Shown: positions 62,411-64,000 of the stretch, in pieces
How the letters are laid out: each line of letters opens with the position of its first letter
Position numbering within the stretch: the first letter of the stretch is position 1
NCBI RefSeq assembly: GCF_024502345.1
Contig: NZ_JALDNN010000001.1
DNA from: Escherichia coli
GTDB taxonomy: Bacteria > Pseudomonadota > Gammaproteobacteria > Enterobacterales > Enterobacteriaceae
Strand: one strand, 5' to 3'
Length of the DNA stretch: 64,000 nt
Position numbers and translations under genes: made by a program
The notes under the pieces: generated by a model
Database searches by the model: none
What the model saw: only the letters and a program-made list of their open reading frames with translations
What the model was told of the DNA's origin: nothing

Positions 62411-63238
62411 TTACTTTTTCCAGAAATCATCGAAAACGGTAATTGGCGGACGGCGTTTATGTGCGGTTTTCAGATACCAGTTCTCTATTGTTCTGGCGAC
62501 CTGTTCAGGTACGTTTTTCCCTTCCAGATAGTCGTCGATATTGTCATAGGTCACGCCGAGTGCCACTTCATCTGGCAGAGAAGGGCGATCATCTTCCAGA
62601 TCGGCCGTTGGCGCTTTCTTATAAAGGTGTTCCGGGCAACCTAATGCCGCCAGTAACTGTTTACCCTGACGTTTGTTGAGACGATACAGCGGATTAATGT
62701 CCGTACCGCCGTCACCATATTTAGTGAAGAATCCGGTAATGGCTTCTGCTGCATGATCGGTGCCCACCACGACACCGCTGGTCATACCCGCAATGCTATA
62801 TTGTGCTTTCATCCGCTCACGCGCTTTTTCATTGCCACGGACAAAATCGCTCAGTTCAATGCCTGCTTCCCGCAATGCCTGCTCGCTAGCCAATACCGCG
62901 CCCTTGATATTAACGGTTAATACGCGATCCGGTTGAATAAAGGCAATGGCATCCTGGCAATCTTGTTCGTCGGCCTGAATACCATAGGGCAGGCGTACGG
63001 CAATAAATTGCAGTGATTCGTTGCCGGTTTCCTGGCGCAGCTCATTAATCGCCATCTGGCACAGCTTTCCGGCAAGCGTGGAGTCCTGACCGCCGCTGAT
63101 CCCGAGCACCAGTGATTTAATGAACGGATAAGTTCGCAGGTAGCTTTTCAGAAAATCGACACTACGACGAATTTCCTCTTCGGCATTAATCTGCGGTTTT
63201 GCGCCCAGCGCCTTTATTATTTGTTGTTGCAATGTCAT
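62411..63238 (-). CDS. nadE: NH3-dependent NAD+ synthetase
   Basis: 275-aa ORF; PP-loop SGGQDS. Confidence 0.95.
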   Translation of the reverse strand: MTLQQQIIKALGAKPQINAEEEIRRSVDFLKSYLRTYPFIKSLVLGISGGQDSTLAGKLCQMAINELRQETGNESLQFIAVRLPYGIQADEQDCQDAIAFIQPDRVLTVNIKGAVLASEQALREAGIELSDFVRGNEKARERMKAQYSIAGMTSGVVVGTDHAAEAITGFFTKYGDGGTDINPLYRLNKRQGKQLLAALGCPEHLYKKAPTADLEDDRPSLPDEVALGVTYDNIDDYLEGKNVPEQVARTIENWYLKTAHKRRPPITVFDDFWKK

Positions 63239-63439
63239 TGAACCCCTCCAGACAGAAAAGACAAAACTTCCTTAAAGCTAACCCGTTGCCACTGAAACGA
63301 CAAGCGACAGCGGGCTGAATGGTGGTTAAAACGTCATACAGGAATCCTCTGAAAGCGGAGCCGTTTCGTTCATGGGCTTGAAAAAGCGCCCAATGTATTC
63401 CAGGCTTATCTAACACGCTGATAAACAAGAGGACGGAAT

Positions 63440-63778
63440 ATGAACAAGAATATGGCAGGAATTCTGAGTGCAGCGGCGGTATTAACCATGCTGGCGGGTT
63501 GTACGGCTTATGATCGTACCAAAGACCAGTTTGTACAGCCTGTGGTGAAAGACGTCAAAAAAGGCATGAGCCGGGCGCAGGTTGCACAAATTGCGGGTAA
63601 ACCTTCGTCTGAAGTGAGCATGATCCATGCTCGTGGTACTTGCCAGACCTACATCCTGGGTCAACGTGATGGTAAAGCAGAAACCTACTTTGTCGCGTTA
63701 GATGATACCGGACATGTCATCAACTCCGGTTATCAGACCTGTGCTGAATACGACACTGATCCACAGGCTGCGAAGTAA
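63440..63778 (+). CDS. osmE: osmotically inducible lipoprotein E
   Basis: 112-aa ORF; lipobox LAGC. Confidence 0.92.
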
Positions 63779-63810
63779 TCACTTCGTCTGAAAGCTTGAG
63801 TAACAACGGA

Positions 63811-63836
63811 AACCGGCCATTGCGCCGGTTTTTTTT
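63811..63836 (+). terminator. rho-independent terminator after osmE
   Basis: aaccggc cattgc gccggtt followed by T8. Confidence 0.8.
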
Positions 63837-64000
63837 GGTCTGAGTTCTTAATTATCTTCGCGAATTATTTACCCGAAATGTGAAGAGGGTCATAACCGCA
63901 GGTCAAGGAGAGACAATTTATAAGGTCAAAGAAATACTATTGCTCAGGTCTATACCGTATACTCCTTTCAGCCACAAAAAAAGTCATGTTGGTTTCGCAA

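Noticed and set aside
63837-64000. Possible promoter of a downstream chb-type operon after osmE
   Set aside because: Only 160 bp are present, no start codon or clear operator could be confirmed; the call would rest on synteny alone.

Overview
This window reads as a conserved Escherichia coli / Shigella chromosomal segment, not an accessory island. About 75 genes are collinear with the E. coli K-12 interval sdaA to osmE (b1814 down to b1739), in reverse orientation relative to K-12 numbering. That assignment rests on my recall of the protein families and K-12 gene order applied to the supplied ORF translations; no database search was run. Recognisable genes include sdaA (partial), nudL, pabB, yoaA, tsaB, fadD, rnd, yeaX, dmlR, leuE, three GGDEF genes (dgcP, dgcJ, dgcI), yeaG-yeaH, mipA, gapA, msrB, pncA, ansA, sppA, selD, topB, gdhA, nudG, ynjE, the ydjXYZ-ynjABCD cluster, xthA, astCADBE, spy, ves, cho, nadE and osmE. 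I found no rRNA, tRNA, CRISPR array, prophage or integrase. The only mobile element is one complete 768-bp IS1 with an 8-bp target-site duplication. I did not find an undescribed multi-gene system; every ORF of meaningful size is a known family in its expected position. What stands out are four lesions relative to the K-12 arrangement: (1) loss of dmlA, yeaV and most of yeaW, leaving a 3-prime yeaW remnant abutting dmlR and an intact but orphaned yeaX; (2) a G10 homopolymer that frameshifts ynjI; (3) IS1 inserted into the 3-prime end of the same gene; (4) a 1-nt deletion that frameshifts ydjX. Short homopolymer indels could be sequencing errors and need read-level confirmation. The best candidates for follow-up among poorly characterised modules are yeaG-yeaH, the ynjE / ydjXYZ-ynjABCD cluster, and the dgcJ-dgcI pair.
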